This document shows, piece by piece, positions 1-9,527 of a stretch of 64,000 nt of DNA; within the stretch, counting starts at the first letter, position 1; each line of letters opens with the position of its first letter. The stretch spans positions 3,200,001 to 3,264,000 of the forward strand of contig OY762926.1 of the NCBI GenBank assembly GCA_963666735.1, given 5' to 3'. Origin of the DNA: Gemmatimonadota bacterium (GTDB taxonomy: Bacteria > Gemmatimonadota > Gemmatimonadetes > Palauibacterales > Palauibacteraceae). The notes below the pieces were generated by a model. The model made no database searches. It worked only from the letters and a program-made list of their open reading frames with translations, and was not told where the DNA came from. The translations under genes and the position numbers were made by a program.

Positions 1-2
1 CG

Positions 3-119
3 CCCCACATGCCGGCCGGCGCGGGCAACGCGGATCGTGCGCTTCGTTATGACTGGGCGTTCTGGGTCGACTACCAGGACGAACTGAACGAGCGCTTCAG
101 CGCCTGGCTGGCGCGCTAG
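3..119 (+). CDS. 3' end of ABC transporter substrate-binding protein (polyamine/PotD-like), partial
   Basis: Frame reads PHMPAGAGNADRALRYDWAFWVDYQDELNERFSAWLAR*, resembling the C-terminus of PotD/PotF-type binding proteins; cut by the window edge. Confidence 0.55.
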   Translation, partial: PHMPAGAGNADRALRYDWAFWVDYQDELNERFSAWLAR

Positions 120-161
120 ATGGCGATGCCGGGGAGCACCGGGGCTCTGTAAACGCGCGCG

Positions 162-2579
162 TCAGAACACCACCCGATAGCTGACGTTCAGACCCCGCCC
201 GGCCTCCGGCATGATCTCCTTGACCCGGGAGAGGTGGTTGCGGTACTCGGTATTCCCGGCGTTGACGAGGCTCACGGTCAGGACGTTCAGACGCCCGCCG
301 AGCGTAAGCCGCACCCCCGCGGTGGCGTTGAAGACGGTGTACCCACGCGTCGGCGTCTCGAATTCGCCGACCCGGTCCTGCCCGTCCGCCATCTCGGCCT
401 CCGCCCGGACATACCACGACGGCCGCTCGTACTTCAGGGCCACATGTCCCTTGAGCGGAGGAACGAGAGGCAGAGGCCGATCGGTCTCCTTGAGACTGCC
501 ATTCACCAATGAGGCCACTCCCTCCAGCGCCAGCCCCCCCCCGGCGTCAACGTCCACGCCGGCTTCGAAGCCGCTGAACACGGCGTCGTTGCCCTGGAAC
601 TGATAAATGGGGAGGCGCACGCGGCTCAGGCGGCCCGTGTCCTCCCCGTAGATGTGGTTCTCGATGTCGTTGTGGAAGCCGGTTACCTCGGCCCTCAGCC
701 GGTCGGACTCGAAGCGGAGGAAGACGTCGAGCCCCCTCCCGACCTCGCTCTCCAGAGATGGGTTTCCGACCTCGAAGACGTAGGCCGCCAGATGCGGCCC
801 TTCCGAATAGAGTTCGGGGACATCGGGTGTGCGAACCGCCCGGGAAACGCTGGCGCCGAGCACCAGCCCCGAGGCGGACTTGTAAAGGACACCCAGGGAC
901 CCCGACAGGGAGTGGAATGTGCGGTCACGAATCTCACCGATGTCCGAAACTCGATCTTCCGCCGGATCGGCCAGGGTCCAGTCGTAGCGTAGCCCCGACT
1001 CGATCAGGACGGAGCCCAGGTCGACCTCCTCGAGCAGGTACAGGGCCGCCTTTAGCCGACGCGTGTCCGGCGTGTGCAGGGATCCCCCGTATCCGAAGTC
1101 CTCCCAGGACGCACGGCCGCCCATCGCGCCCGCCGTAAACGGTCCCCATCTCTCATGCCGGCCCAGGACGTCCGCGCTTGCGCGCTGTTGCTCGAAGAGC
1201 GTGCCCAGAATGTCCGGTGCTTCGAGCTCGCGGTGCGTGTACCAGGTGTGAGTCGCGTCGAAGCGGAGGTTGTGGAAGGGTCCGGCCGGCTCCTCGACCA
1301 CGGTCCGGAACTTCGAGGAGAGGCGCTCCATTTCGATGCGCACCCCTTCCTGGTGTCCACCCGTGAAACCACCCGGGATGCCGTAGTAGTTGCGGTAACC
1401 GCGGAAGGACCCCCCCAGGCGACCCCAATCGGCCACGTAGGCCGTCCCCGCGCCTCCGCTCAACAGTTCGCCGTCGGTGTTGAGAAGCGTGCCGACGGGG
1501 GTCTTCAGATCTCCCGCCGTCCGGGCGGCCACCTCCACTCGCAGCGGCACGCGCCCCGCGAGGGGGAACACGGCCGATGCGCTGCCGGCCAGCGAGCCGG
1601 TCGAGGTCTCCGTCTGCAGTGTCGCCGCGCCCGTCAGGCGGTGCGGCATGGCCGTCGGAATCTCGTCGCGGATGACGTTGATGACCCCGCCCAGCGCGTT
1701 GCCCCCGTAGAGCAGTGCACCGGGACCCCGCACAACCTCGATCCGCCGTGCCGAGGACGGATCGAGTGCGGTGGTGTGATCCGAGCCCGAGCTGGAGGCA
1801 TCCCCGACCGCGGTCCCGTCCTCGAGCATCAGTACCCGATCGCCGCTCATTCCCCGGATCACCGGTTGCGCAACCGATGGACCCATCCTGGTGGCGGCCA
1901 GCCCCGGCATCGACGCCAACGTCCCGGCTACGGTCGCCGTCAGCTGGCGCTGCAAGTCATCGCCCGCCATGACGCTGACCGGCCGGATCGCCTCGGCCGC
2001 GGTCCGCTCGCTGATCGTCGCGGTCACCACCAGGTCCGCCAGCCCAATCGGAGACGGTACCAGCTCGATCACGATCTCCGCCGACTCCGCCACCGCCCGG
2101 CGCGCACGCACGGTCCCCACGGTGACATCCACGGTGGCGCCCCGATACCCCAGGCGCTCGGCTCGAAGGGTGTACACGCCCGCGGCCATCCCGGTCAGGT
2201 GGAAGGTCCCGTCCCCGCGGGTCACCGCCCGGGTTTCCCTCCCGACCACCGATACGTGCGCTCCCGCCAGCGGTTGACCGGTGCCCGCGTCGCGCACGTT
2301 GCCCTCGAACACGTACGCCTGCCCCGGCCCCTGCCCCGCCAGGTCGCCGATGTTGGCGAGAGCGGGCCACGAGAGGCCAACCGCCGCAAGCATTGGCGCC
2401 AGAAGGAGGAGACGCCCGGCGATCGAACGAGCGGGCGGCCGGACGCCGGATCGCGCGGGGCCGAGCCAACGCGGAACCGGCCCGACGCGATTCTCGACCG
2501 GGTAGGCTGAAGGCATGGTTCCTCCCACGCCGGTGTGTCCAGGGCGTGTGCAATGGCCACAAGGCTGCATCGCGGGCAC
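162..2579 (-). CDS. TonB-dependent receptor (ZnuD-like, probable metal uptake); true start probably downstream of 2579
   Basis: Signal peptide, carboxypeptidase-like N-domain (GNVRDAGTGQPLAGAHV), plug motif RIEVVRGPGALLYGGNALGGVINVI, C-terminal Phe (YRVVF), ELYSEGPH loop. Confidence 0.9.
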   Translation of the reverse strand: MPAMQPCGHCTRPGHTGVGGTMPSAYPVENRVGPVPRWLGPARSGVRPPARSIAGRLLLLAPMLAAVGLSWPALANIGDLAGQGPGQAYVFEGNVRDAGTGQPLAGAHVSVVGRETRAVTRGDGTFHLTGMAAGVYTLRAERLGYRGATVDVTVGTVRARRAVAESAEIVIELVPSPIGLADLVVTATISERTAAEAIRPVSVMAGDDLQRQLTATVAGTLASMPGLAATRMGPSVAQPVIRGMSGDRVLMLEDGTAVGDASSSGSDHTTALDPSSARRIEVVRGPGALLYGGNALGGVINVIRDEIPTAMPHRLTGAATLQTETSTGSLAGSASAVFPLAGRVPLRVEVAARTAGDLKTPVGTLLNTDGELLSGGAGTAYVADWGRLGGSFRGYRNYYGIPGGFTGGHQEGVRIEMERLSSKFRTVVEEPAGPFHNLRFDATHTWYTHRELEAPDILGTLFEQQRASADVLGRHERWGPFTAGAMGGRASWEDFGYGGSLHTPDTRRLKAALYLLEEVDLGSVLIESGLRYDWTLADPAEDRVSDIGEIRDRTFHSLSGSLGVLYKSASGLVLGASVSRAVRTPDVPELYSEGPHLAAYVFEVGNPSLESEVGRGLDVFLRFESDRLRAEVTGFHNDIENHIYGEDTGRLSRVRLPIYQFQGNDAVFSGFEAGVDVDAGGGLALEGVASLVNGSLKETDRPLPLVPPLKGHVALKYERPSWYVRAEAEMADGQDRVGEFETPTRGYTVFNATAGVRLTLGGRLNVLTVSLVNAGNTEYRNHLSRVKEIMPEAGRGLNVSYRVVF

Positions 2580-2711
2580 GGGACGTTAGGCCGGCGTGAC
2601 GGCTCGGGGCAACCTCGTGCGGCGTTGGAAACCCTTTGATGCCCCCGGGGCGTCAAAGACGGTGTGAGAGACAGAAGAAGGGCTCGGCGGTGGCTCCCGT
2701 CGAGAGAGAAG

Positions 2712-5189
2712 ATGCACAGGGGTCGGTGGCTCATGCTTCTGGCCGTGGCGATTCTCGCCGGCGGCCTCGGCTATCTGGCCTTCGAAGCCCGGGTGGCGCG
2801 CGAGTTCGCGGCGCTCGATTTCTCTTCCCCGGCGCGCCTCCTCGCACGGCCGTGGACCCTCCGCGCTGGTGATCGGGTCGACCCGCAGCGCCTCATCGAC
2901 CACCTGAAGAAGGTCGGCTACCGGCCGGTCTCCGGCGGTACACCGCAAGCCGGAGAGTTCAGCGCCCGCGGCCGCGATCTTCTCGTGGGCCGCCGCACGC
3001 TTCGCTTCGGAGCCTTCGTCGACCCCGGCGTGCGCGCGCGGGTGCGTTTCCGGAGCAGCTTTCGGAGCAGCCTCCAGAGCAATGCGCGCATCTCGTCGAT
3101 TCGGGACGCCGATGGCAACGACATCGCCCAACTCCTGCTCGATCCCGAGGTGATCGGGACGTCCCTCGGAGAGCGCAGCCGGGACCGGGTGCCCGTCCGG
3201 CTCGACGAGGTGCCGGAGCACCTGGTCGCCGCGTTGCTGACCGTGGAGGATCGCCGCTTCTACGAGCACGGCGCGCTGGATCCTCGCCGCATCGCCGGCG
3301 CCGCGCTCTCGAACCTCCGGCAGCGGCGGGTCGCTGAGGGTGGAAGCACGATCACCCAGCAGCTCGCCCGCACGCTCTTCCTGTCGACGGATCGCACCGT
3401 GCTCCGAAAGCTGCGTGAGGCGGCGATCGCGGTGGCGCTGGAGAGACGTTTCTCCAAGCGGCGCCTGCTCGAGGCCTACGTGAACCATATCTATCTCGGG
3501 CAGCACCGGGGGACCGCCATCCACGGCTTCGGGCGCGCCGCGCAGTTCTACTTCGGGCGGGACATCTCGGAGTTGAAGCTGGGCCAGTCGGCGATGCTGG
3601 TCGGGATTGTCAGGGGGCCGAGCGTGTACTCGCCCCATCGCCACCCGGAGCGTGCCCGGGCCCGGCGCGACATCGTGCTGCGGCAGATGCACGCCGTCGG
3701 GCACCTGGACGACGCTCGGCGCGACGCCGAACTGGAAGCCGATCCGGAGATTCGACGTCCTCCGGAGCGGAACTTCGATGCCCGCTGGTATCTGGATTTC
3801 CTGAGGCGGGAGTTGGCGGCCGGGGATGCTTCGCTGGAACTGGGGGGTGGCGGTCGAACGGTGCTTTCTTCGCTCGCACCGGAGCTTCAGCGCGCCGCCG
3901 AGACCGCGGTGTCGAACGGGATCCTCAGCATGGAGCGCCGGCGTCCCCGCTTGAAGGAGCAGTCCGGCCCGCTCCAGGCGGCGCTGGTCGCCCTCGACCC
4001 GCGGACCGGCGACATCCTGGCGATGGTCGGCGGTCGCTCGTACGGCACGTCGCAGTTCAATCGCGCCGCGGACGCCCGGCGTCAGCCGGGAAGCGCCTTC
4101 AAGCCGGTCGTGGCGCTGGTCGCCCTGGCGCCGGAAGCAGAGCCTTCTTTCACCCTGGCTTCCATGCTGAGGGACGAACCGCTCGCACTCGACACGCCCG
4201 CCGGCGTGTGGAAGCCGGCGAACGCGGACCGCGCGTTCCTCGGCCCCATCAAGCTGCGCGAGGCGCTCGAGGGGTCTCGCAACGTGCCCTTCGCCCGCCT
4301 CGGCCTGGCGGTCGGTCCCGACAGGATCATCGAGACGGCGCACCGGCTGGGCATTGGGAGCCCCCTCGCGCCATATCCGAGCCTGGCGCTGGGCGCCTCC
4401 GAGGTCACGCTGCTCGAATTGACGGCGGCCTATGCGGTGCTGGCGGCGGAGGGCCGGCGCACTCGGCCGGCCTCGGCGCTAACGGTGCTCGACCGCGACG
4501 GTACGGCGCGCCGGGAGACCACGGCCCCCCGCGAGTCGGTCGTCAGTCCGGCGGAGGCGTACCTGATCACGTCCGCGCTCAGGGGTGTCGTCGAACACGG
4601 GACCGGGAGCGGCGTCCGTGCCGCGGGGTACCGGGGTCCGCTGGCGGCGAAGTCCGGGACGACGAACGACTCCCGCGATGCCTGGTTCATCGGCTACACG
4701 CCCGAACTGGCGGTCGGCGTATGGGTGGGATTCGACGACGGGACGCCGGTCGGTCTCCCCGGCTCCCGGGCCGCGCTCCCGATCTTTGCCGATTTCATGA
4801 TCCGCGTTCTGGGACCGCGGGGCGGTCGCGACTTCCGCTTCCCCGCGGGAGTGGAATGGGTCGATGTCGAGCCCGCGACCGGACGGCGCGCCGGGTGGGG
4901 GTGTCGAGGCGAGCCCGAACTGTTCCTCGCCGGCACGGCGCCCGACGTCTACTGCGGCTACGGCCCCGAACCGTGGCGCCGGCGTACGCTGTCTCCCGAG
5001 TCGCCGGCGACCGGCGACGACCCCGGATCCTTCAGACGTGGGCGTGTCCGGGTCGGTGCTGATGGTCGTGGCGGCCCTGATGCAGGACGACGTGCAGCAA
5101 CGAGCCGCTCACGAACGCCTGATACATCTCGAGCACCGAGTGGTCGTCCGGCAGCAGTTCCGTCCCCGCGAGCACCCCAAACACCGTAG
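2712..5189 (+). CDS. mrcB: Penicillin-binding protein 1B (transglycosylase/transpeptidase)
   Basis: N-terminal TM, UB2H-like region, GT51 motifs EDRRF and GGSTITQQL, transpeptidase motifs SAFK, SRN, KSG. Confidence 0.9.
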   Translation: MHRGRWLMLLAVAILAGGLGYLAFEARVAREFAALDFSSPARLLARPWTLRAGDRVDPQRLIDHLKKVGYRPVSGGTPQAGEFSARGRDLLVGRRTLRFGAFVDPGVRARVRFRSSFRSSLQSNARISSIRDADGNDIAQLLLDPEVIGTSLGERSRDRVPVRLDEVPEHLVAALLTVEDRRFYEHGALDPRRIAGAALSNLRQRRVAEGGSTITQQLARTLFLSTDRTVLRKLREAAIAVALERRFSKRRLLEAYVNHIYLGQHRGTAIHGFGRAAQFYFGRDISELKLGQSAMLVGIVRGPSVYSPHRHPERARARRDIVLRQMHAVGHLDDARRDAELEADPEIRRPPERNFDARWYLDFLRRELAAGDASLELGGGGRTVLSSLAPELQRAAETAVSNGILSMERRRPRLKEQSGPLQAALVALDPRTGDILAMVGGRSYGTSQFNRAADARRQPGSAFKPVVALVALAPEAEPSFTLASMLRDEPLALDTPAGVWKPANADRAFLGPIKLREALEGSRNVPFARLGLAVGPDRIIETAHRLGIGSPLAPYPSLALGASEVTLLELTAAYAVLAAEGRRTRPASALTVLDRDGTARRETTAPRESVVSPAEAYLITSALRGVVEHGTGSGVRAAGYRGPLAAKSGTTNDSRDAWFIGYTPELAVGVWVGFDDGTPVGLPGSRAALPIFADFMIRVLGPRGGRDFRFPAGVEWVDVEPATGRRAGWGCRGEPELFLAGTAPDVYCGYGPEPWRRRTLSPESPATGDDPGSFRRGRVRVGADGRGGPDAGRRAATSRSRTPDTSRAPSGRPAAVPSPRAPQTP

Positions 5190-5649
5190 CCACGATGATC
5201 GCGGCCACCCCGATCAGGGCGCCCCGCACGCCGTGCCGGGGTTCGAGCAGCCACCAGATGAGCAATCCGACCGCGACGCGGTGAAGGACGAGGGCGTACG
5301 TGAAGGGTGTGCTCGACGGCCCGACCAGCAGGGCGCCGCCCTCGAGGAGGGCGTGCAGCACCATCGATAGCACCCCGAGCAGGATCGTCGCGTTGTCCGT
5401 GTGCCGCGCAAGGGTCTCGGAGAATCTCTCAAGCAGGTAGAGGAGACCGACGCCGGCGCCGACGGCGAGGAGGGGTGCGATCTGACGCTCGAGCCACACG
5501 TGGGGAAGCACCTGCCACGCGATGAGGAGCGGCAGCGCAACGAAGACGATCGTGTCGATGAGCCGCATGGTGCGCGGCCTTCGATGCAGCACAACGTACA
5601 GAACGGCGCCGACGGCCGGCGCCACGAGCACTGCGATCAGCTGAACCAC
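5032..5649 (-). CDS. Integral membrane protein, ZIP-like metal permease with His-rich C-tail
   Basis: About 6-7 hydrophobic segments; HALLEGG and LHRVAVG resemble ZIP metal-site motifs; ends HQGRHDHQHRPGHAHV; last gene of the CDF operon. Confidence 0.7.
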   Translation of the reverse strand: MVQLIAVLVAPAVGAVLYVVLHRRPRTMRLIDTIVFVALPLLIAWQVLPHVWLERQIAPLLAVGAGVGLLYLLERFSETLARHTDNATILLGVLSMVLHALLEGGALLVGPSSTPFTYALVLHRVAVGLLIWWLLEPRHGVRGALIGVAAIIVATVFGVLAGTELLPDDHSVLEMYQAFVSGSLLHVVLHQGRHDHQHRPGHAHV

Positions 5650-5661
5650 TCAGCGTCCGGG

Positions 5662-5994
5662 CTAGCCCTGCACGGCCGGTCCGTGATGATCGCAGTGATC
5701 GCCGTGCTGATGGTGGAGATGGCCGTCGACGACATAGTCGACGTGCCCGTCGTGTTCCACCGCTTCGTGGCCGCAGCCCTCGCCGTGCACGTGCGCGTCG
5801 TCGTGGCTCTCACAATCGTGACCGTGCCCCGGCGCCGGTCCGTGGTCGTCGCAGTGGTCCCCGTGGACGTGGTGCAGGTGGCCATCGACGACATAGTCGG
5901 TGTGGCCGTCATGCTCGACGGCCTCGTGGCCGCAGCCCTCGCCGTGCGTATGGCTGCTGTCGTGGTGCTCACAGTCGTGGTCGTGCTCGCCCAT
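5662..5994 (-). CDS. Small His/Cys-rich metal-binding protein with two tandem ~50-aa repeats
   Basis: 30 His and 6 Cys in 110 aa; repeat HxHGEGCGHEAVEHDGHxDYVVDGHLHHxHGDHCDxHGP twice; GGAG RBS upstream. Confidence 0.85.
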   Translation of the reverse strand: MGEHDHDCEHHDSSHTHGEGCGHEAVEHDGHTDYVVDGHLHHVHGDHCDDHGPAPGHGHDCESHDDAHVHGEGCGHEAVEHDGHVDYVVDGHLHHQHGDHCDHHGPAVQG

Positions 5995-6018
5995 GATCTC
6001 TTGCTCCCGTTGGTTCGC

Positions 6019-7113
6019 CTAGTGCGGCCGCGCGGTGGCGACGAGGTGGTCGACGTGGTGGTCCTCGTTGCAGTGTGCGGCCGAGCTCTCCACCTGAACC
6101 GTGATGTGTTGAATGTTGAACTTGTTGTACGCGATCTCCTGAATCTCGTGCAGCAGCTTCGCCGAATCTCTCTCGTGTTCGGGGTCCACCAGAACATGCG
6201 CGGTGAGCGCGTCGTAGCCGGGCGCGAGCGTCCACACGTGAACGTCGTGGATGACCGTGACTCCCTCGAGATCTTCGATCTGGTGGCAGAGATTGTACAC
6301 GTCGACGTGTTCCGGCGTCCCTTCGAGCAGTACGTGCACGACCTTGGCCAGCAGGCGCCATGTGCTGAGCAGGATCAGGATGCCGATGAGGACGCTGAGG
6401 ATCGGGTCGGAGATGTACCAGCCGAAGGCCCACACGAGCACGCCGGAGATGATGACCGCCACCGAGCCGAGGATGTCGGCGATCACGTGAGCCAGGGCGC
6501 CCTCGACGTTCACGCTGTGCTTCGCCGACCGGTGGAGGACCCAGGCAGCGGCGAGGTTGGCGAGAAGTCCGAGAACCCCGATGATCAGCATCAGGCCACC
6601 CTCGACCTCCGGAATCTCCCGGAAGCGGTGGTACGCCTCGAAGATCACCCAGGCGGAGATCAGCCACAGCGTGAGGGCGTTGATGAGGGCGGCGAGGATC
6701 TCCAGCCGGTGGTACCCGAAGGTGCGCTCCACGGAAGCGGCACGCGTCGCGAAGTGCACCGCGAACAGCGCCAGGCCGATCGAGGCCGCGTCCGTGAGCA
6801 TGTGTCCCGCGTCGGCGATGAGCGCCAGGCTGCCCGACAGGATGCCGCCGATGACCTCGACGAACATGAAACTCGCGATGATCACCAGCGCGATCGTGAG
6901 ATCCCGCTTGCTGGCGTTTCTCAGTTCCTCGGAGTGATCGTGGGCCCCGAAAATGCCGTGGTGGTGATGGTGGTCATGACCGTGGCCATGGTGGCCGTGA
7001 CCGTGGTGATGGTGTCCATGATCGTGGTCATGGTCGTGATCGTGCCCATGGTTGTGATCGTGGTCATGGTCGTGGTCGTGATCATGATCGTCATGACTGC
7101 CGTCGTGGCTCAT
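6019..7113 (-). CDS. czcD: Cation diffusion facilitator (Zn/Co/Cd efflux, CzcD/ZitB family)
   Basis: SLALIADAGHMLTD, TFGYHRLEILAA, HVIADILGS, HDVHVW, HITVQVE motifs; long His-Asp N-tail. Confidence 0.93.
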   Translation of the reverse strand: MSHDGSHDDHDHDHDHDHDHNHGHDHDHDHDHGHHHHGHGHHGHGHDHHHHHGIFGAHDHSEELRNASKRDLTIALVIIASFMFVEVIGGILSGSLALIADAGHMLTDAASIGLALFAVHFATRAASVERTFGYHRLEILAALINALTLWLISAWVIFEAYHRFREIPEVEGGLMLIIGVLGLLANLAAAWVLHRSAKHSVNVEGALAHVIADILGSVAVIISGVLVWAFGWYISDPILSVLIGILILLSTWRLLAKVVHVLLEGTPEHVDVYNLCHQIEDLEGVTVIHDVHVWTLAPGYDALTAHVLVDPEHERDSAKLLHEIQEIAYNKFNIQHITVQVESSAAHCNEDHHVDHLVATARPH

Positions 7114-7224
7114 CGGAACCATGCCCAGCCAGGGTTGAACATCAGCCTGCAGTCGGACGGGGACCTGTCCCGCGCACCGGGTCCAACCCCCCCTCCGCAA
7201 AGAAGGGTGATTCGACAAATGTCG

Positions 7225-7704
7225 TCAAGGGACCGCGGTGTAGTGGCCGTGGATGCAGAGCCAGCGGCCGTCCTCCCGCACGAAGATCCTCGTCGACTTT
7301 CCCCTGCTCGTGAAACGTCCCGCGTCGGTGTAGCCGGAATCCGTCCAGTAGTAGGTAATCCAGGCCACATCGCCCCGCATCGTGACTTCGGGTTGGTGCA
7401 TCTCCGTGTGTACGTCGCGCGCGCGCGTTAGGTAATCTCCGTAGCTCCTGAGCTCGAGCGCCCGGCCTTCGGCGAGGTAGACGTCGTTTTCCCCGAAGGC
7501 GGTGAAGTCCGGGTGGATGTACTGCGCGTAGGTGTCGAGGTCGCCGGCTTCGATCGCGGCCCACATTGCGACGAGCGTATCGATGACGTCCTGTTCGTCG
7601 CTCTGGGCCCACGCCGCCGGCGGGGCCAGTGTGGCCAGAACGAGGACGAAGGAGATCGGCAGCCCGACCCGCCGCCCCGACCTCCGCGTCGCTCGGCGGG
7701 CCAC
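7225..7704 (-). CDS. Secreted NTF2/SnoaL-like (DUF4440-type) protein
   Basis: Signal peptide ending AWA-Q; AIEAGDLDTY ... STRIFVREDGRWLCIHGHYT typical of the NTF2-like fold; GTG start inferred. Confidence 0.75.
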   Translation of the reverse strand: MARRATRRSGRRVGLPISFVLVLATLAPPAAWAQSDEQDVIDTLVAMWAAIEAGDLDTYAQYIHPDFTAFGENDVYLAEGRALELRSYGDYLTRARDVHTEMHQPEVTMRGDVAWITYYWTDSGYTDAGRFTSRGKSTRIFVREDGRWLCIHGHYTAVP

Positions 7705-7709
7705 GGAAG

Positions 7710-8276
7710 TCAGCGGCTCTCGTAGACGGAGGCGTTGCCTTCGGCGTCGAACTGGATGACGTCGTAGGGGTCGACGCGGTCCCCGAACTCCATGCCCGGA
7801 GAGCCGACCGGCATCCCCGGCACCGCGAGCCCGCTCGCGGAGGGCTTCTCGGCGAGGAAGCGGGCGATGACTTCCGCCGGGATATGGCCCTCGAACACGT
7901 AGCCGCCCACGAGCGCCGTGTGGCACGACTGCAGTTGGAGCGGCAGGCCCGCGTCGATCTTCACGCCGATCATGTCGTCGGTGTTCTCCACGTCGAGCTG
8001 GAAGCCGGCTTCCCGCATGTGGTCCACCCAGAGCGCGCAGCACCCGCAGGTGGGCGACTTGTAGACCTTGATCGTCGGGGTTTCGGCGATGGTCGCGGCC
8101 AGTGCCGCATCGACCGTCGCAGCGAAGGTCGCATCGGCCATGGCGTGAGCGGGAGTCGCGGCCGCCGTGTCTCCGCTGTCCGCCGACGCCTCCGGCGCGC
8201 ACCCGCCGACGAGCAGCGCCAAGCCGATCGAGGCCGCTCCGACGCCCACCTTTCCGAACTTTTCGTTCAACATCAT
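7710..8276 (-). CDS. DUF411/CopG-type periplasmic metal-binding lipoprotein
   Basis: Lipobox LVGGC; VYKSPTCGCC, SCHTA, EGHIP, GLAVPGMPVGSPGME motifs. Confidence 0.9.
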   Translation of the reverse strand: MMLNEKFGKVGVGAASIGLALLVGGCAPEASADSGDTAAATPAHAMADATFAATVDAALAATIAETPTIKVYKSPTCGCCALWVDHMREAGFQLDVENTDDMIGVKIDAGLPLQLQSCHTALVGGYVFEGHIPAEVIARFLAEKPSASGLAVPGMPVGSPGMEFGDRVDPYDVIQFDAEGNASVYESR

Positions 8277-8435
8277 CACTCCCGGTTCGATTCCTGCCGC
8301 TCGATCCCCCAAGTTATCCGTGAGGGGGCTCGCACGGTACCATTACGATACGATGGTGCGCGGCATCATGGGGCTATCATGCACGCGGATGCGGGCGCCA
8401 CGCGGGTGGCGGGCAAACCCTGAGAGCGGCGAGGC

Positions 8436-9527
8436 GTGATGGAGAGACTGTCACAACTGTGGAGCGAAGCGGTGGCCTTCATGGCTCCGCGCTGGCTGCC
8501 CAGCCTGATCGTGATCGCGGCCGCCGGCCTCGTCTACCTCGTGGCGCTGATGGTCCTGGGCCGCGCGCAGAAGCATTGGGTCACGCGAACCGCGACCCAA
8601 CTCGACGATCTCGCCGTGCGGCTGCTCCGCCAGGCGCTGCTGCTCTCGAGCGGGGCCTGGGCGGTCTGGCGCCTGCTGGAGATCTGGACCCTGCCCACCG
8701 TGGCCCAATGGGTCTACGCCATCTGGATCGGCGTCCTCTTCTTCCCGTTGAGCCGCTTCGTCGGGGATCTCCTGACGGCGCTCGAGACCGAGGTCGTCTC
8801 CCGCACCTCGACGCCGCTCGACAAGACGGCGCTCCCGATGGTCAACACGGCGATCCGCTTCGCGATCATCGCCCTCGGCATCGTCCTCGCGCTGGCGGAA
8901 CTGGGCATCAACATCGCGCCGCTCCTCGCCGGCGCCGGCGTCATGGGTCTCGCCCTTTCGCTCGCCGCCAAGGACACGCTCTCCAACGTGATCGCGGGCG
9001 TGCTCCTCATCGTCGATCGCCCCTTCCAGGTCGGGGACCGGATCGAACTGTGGACCGCGCCCAACGAGACGGGGTCCTGGGGCGACGTGATCGAGATCGG
9101 GCTCCGGGCCACGAAGATCCGAAATCCCGACAACCTCGTCGTCGTCGTCCCGAACAATCAGATCATGCAGCGCGACATCATCAACTACACGATGTCGGGC
9201 GAAGACATCAGGCTGCGGATCCCGTTCTCGGTCGCCTACGAGTCGGACATCGAGCGGGCGAAGTCGCTGCTCGTGGACATCGCCCTGAGCGTGGAGGGGG
9301 TGAAGGCCGATCCCGCGCCGATCGTCATCGCCCGCAGTTTCGGCCCGTCGGAGGTCAAGCTTCAACTGCGCGTCTGGATTCTGGAGGCGAGGGCGAGACG
9401 GCGCATCGCCGACGACATCAGCGAGAGGGCGCTCCCCGCCTTCGCGAAGGCGGGCGTGGAGATCCCCTATCCGAAGCGGGAACTCTACATCCGGTCCTCG
9501 GATGGGTCGCTGGCCGGCGGGGGCTGA
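8436..9527 (+). CDS. mscS: Small-conductance mechanosensitive channel
   Basis: LLAGAGVMGLALSLAAKDTLSNVIAG, DRPFQVGDRI, VPNN, IPYP motifs. Confidence 0.9.
   Translation: MMERLSQLWSEAVAFMAPRWLPSLIVIAAAGLVYLVALMVLGRAQKHWVTRTATQLDDLAVRLLRQALLLSSGAWAVWRLLEIWTLPTVAQWVYAIWIGVLFFPLSRFVGDLLTALETEVVSRTSTPLDKTALPMVNTAIRFAIIALGIVLALAELGINIAPLLAGAGVMGLALSLAAKDTLSNVIAGVLLIVDRPFQVGDRIELWTAPNETGSWGDVIEIGLRATKIRNPDNLVVVVPNNQIMQRDIINYTMSGEDIRLRIPFSVAYESDIERAKSLLVDIALSVEGVKADPAPIVIARSFGPSEVKLQLRVWILEARARRRIADDISERALPAFAKAGVEIPYPKRELYIRSSDGSLAGGG

Noticed and set aside
5401..7431. Long ORFs antisense to real genes (e.g. 5401-7431, 15519-17858, 27664-29331, 52077-54437, 57411-58982)
   Set aside because: Shadow frames expected in high-GC DNA; the opposite strand carries recognisable proteins
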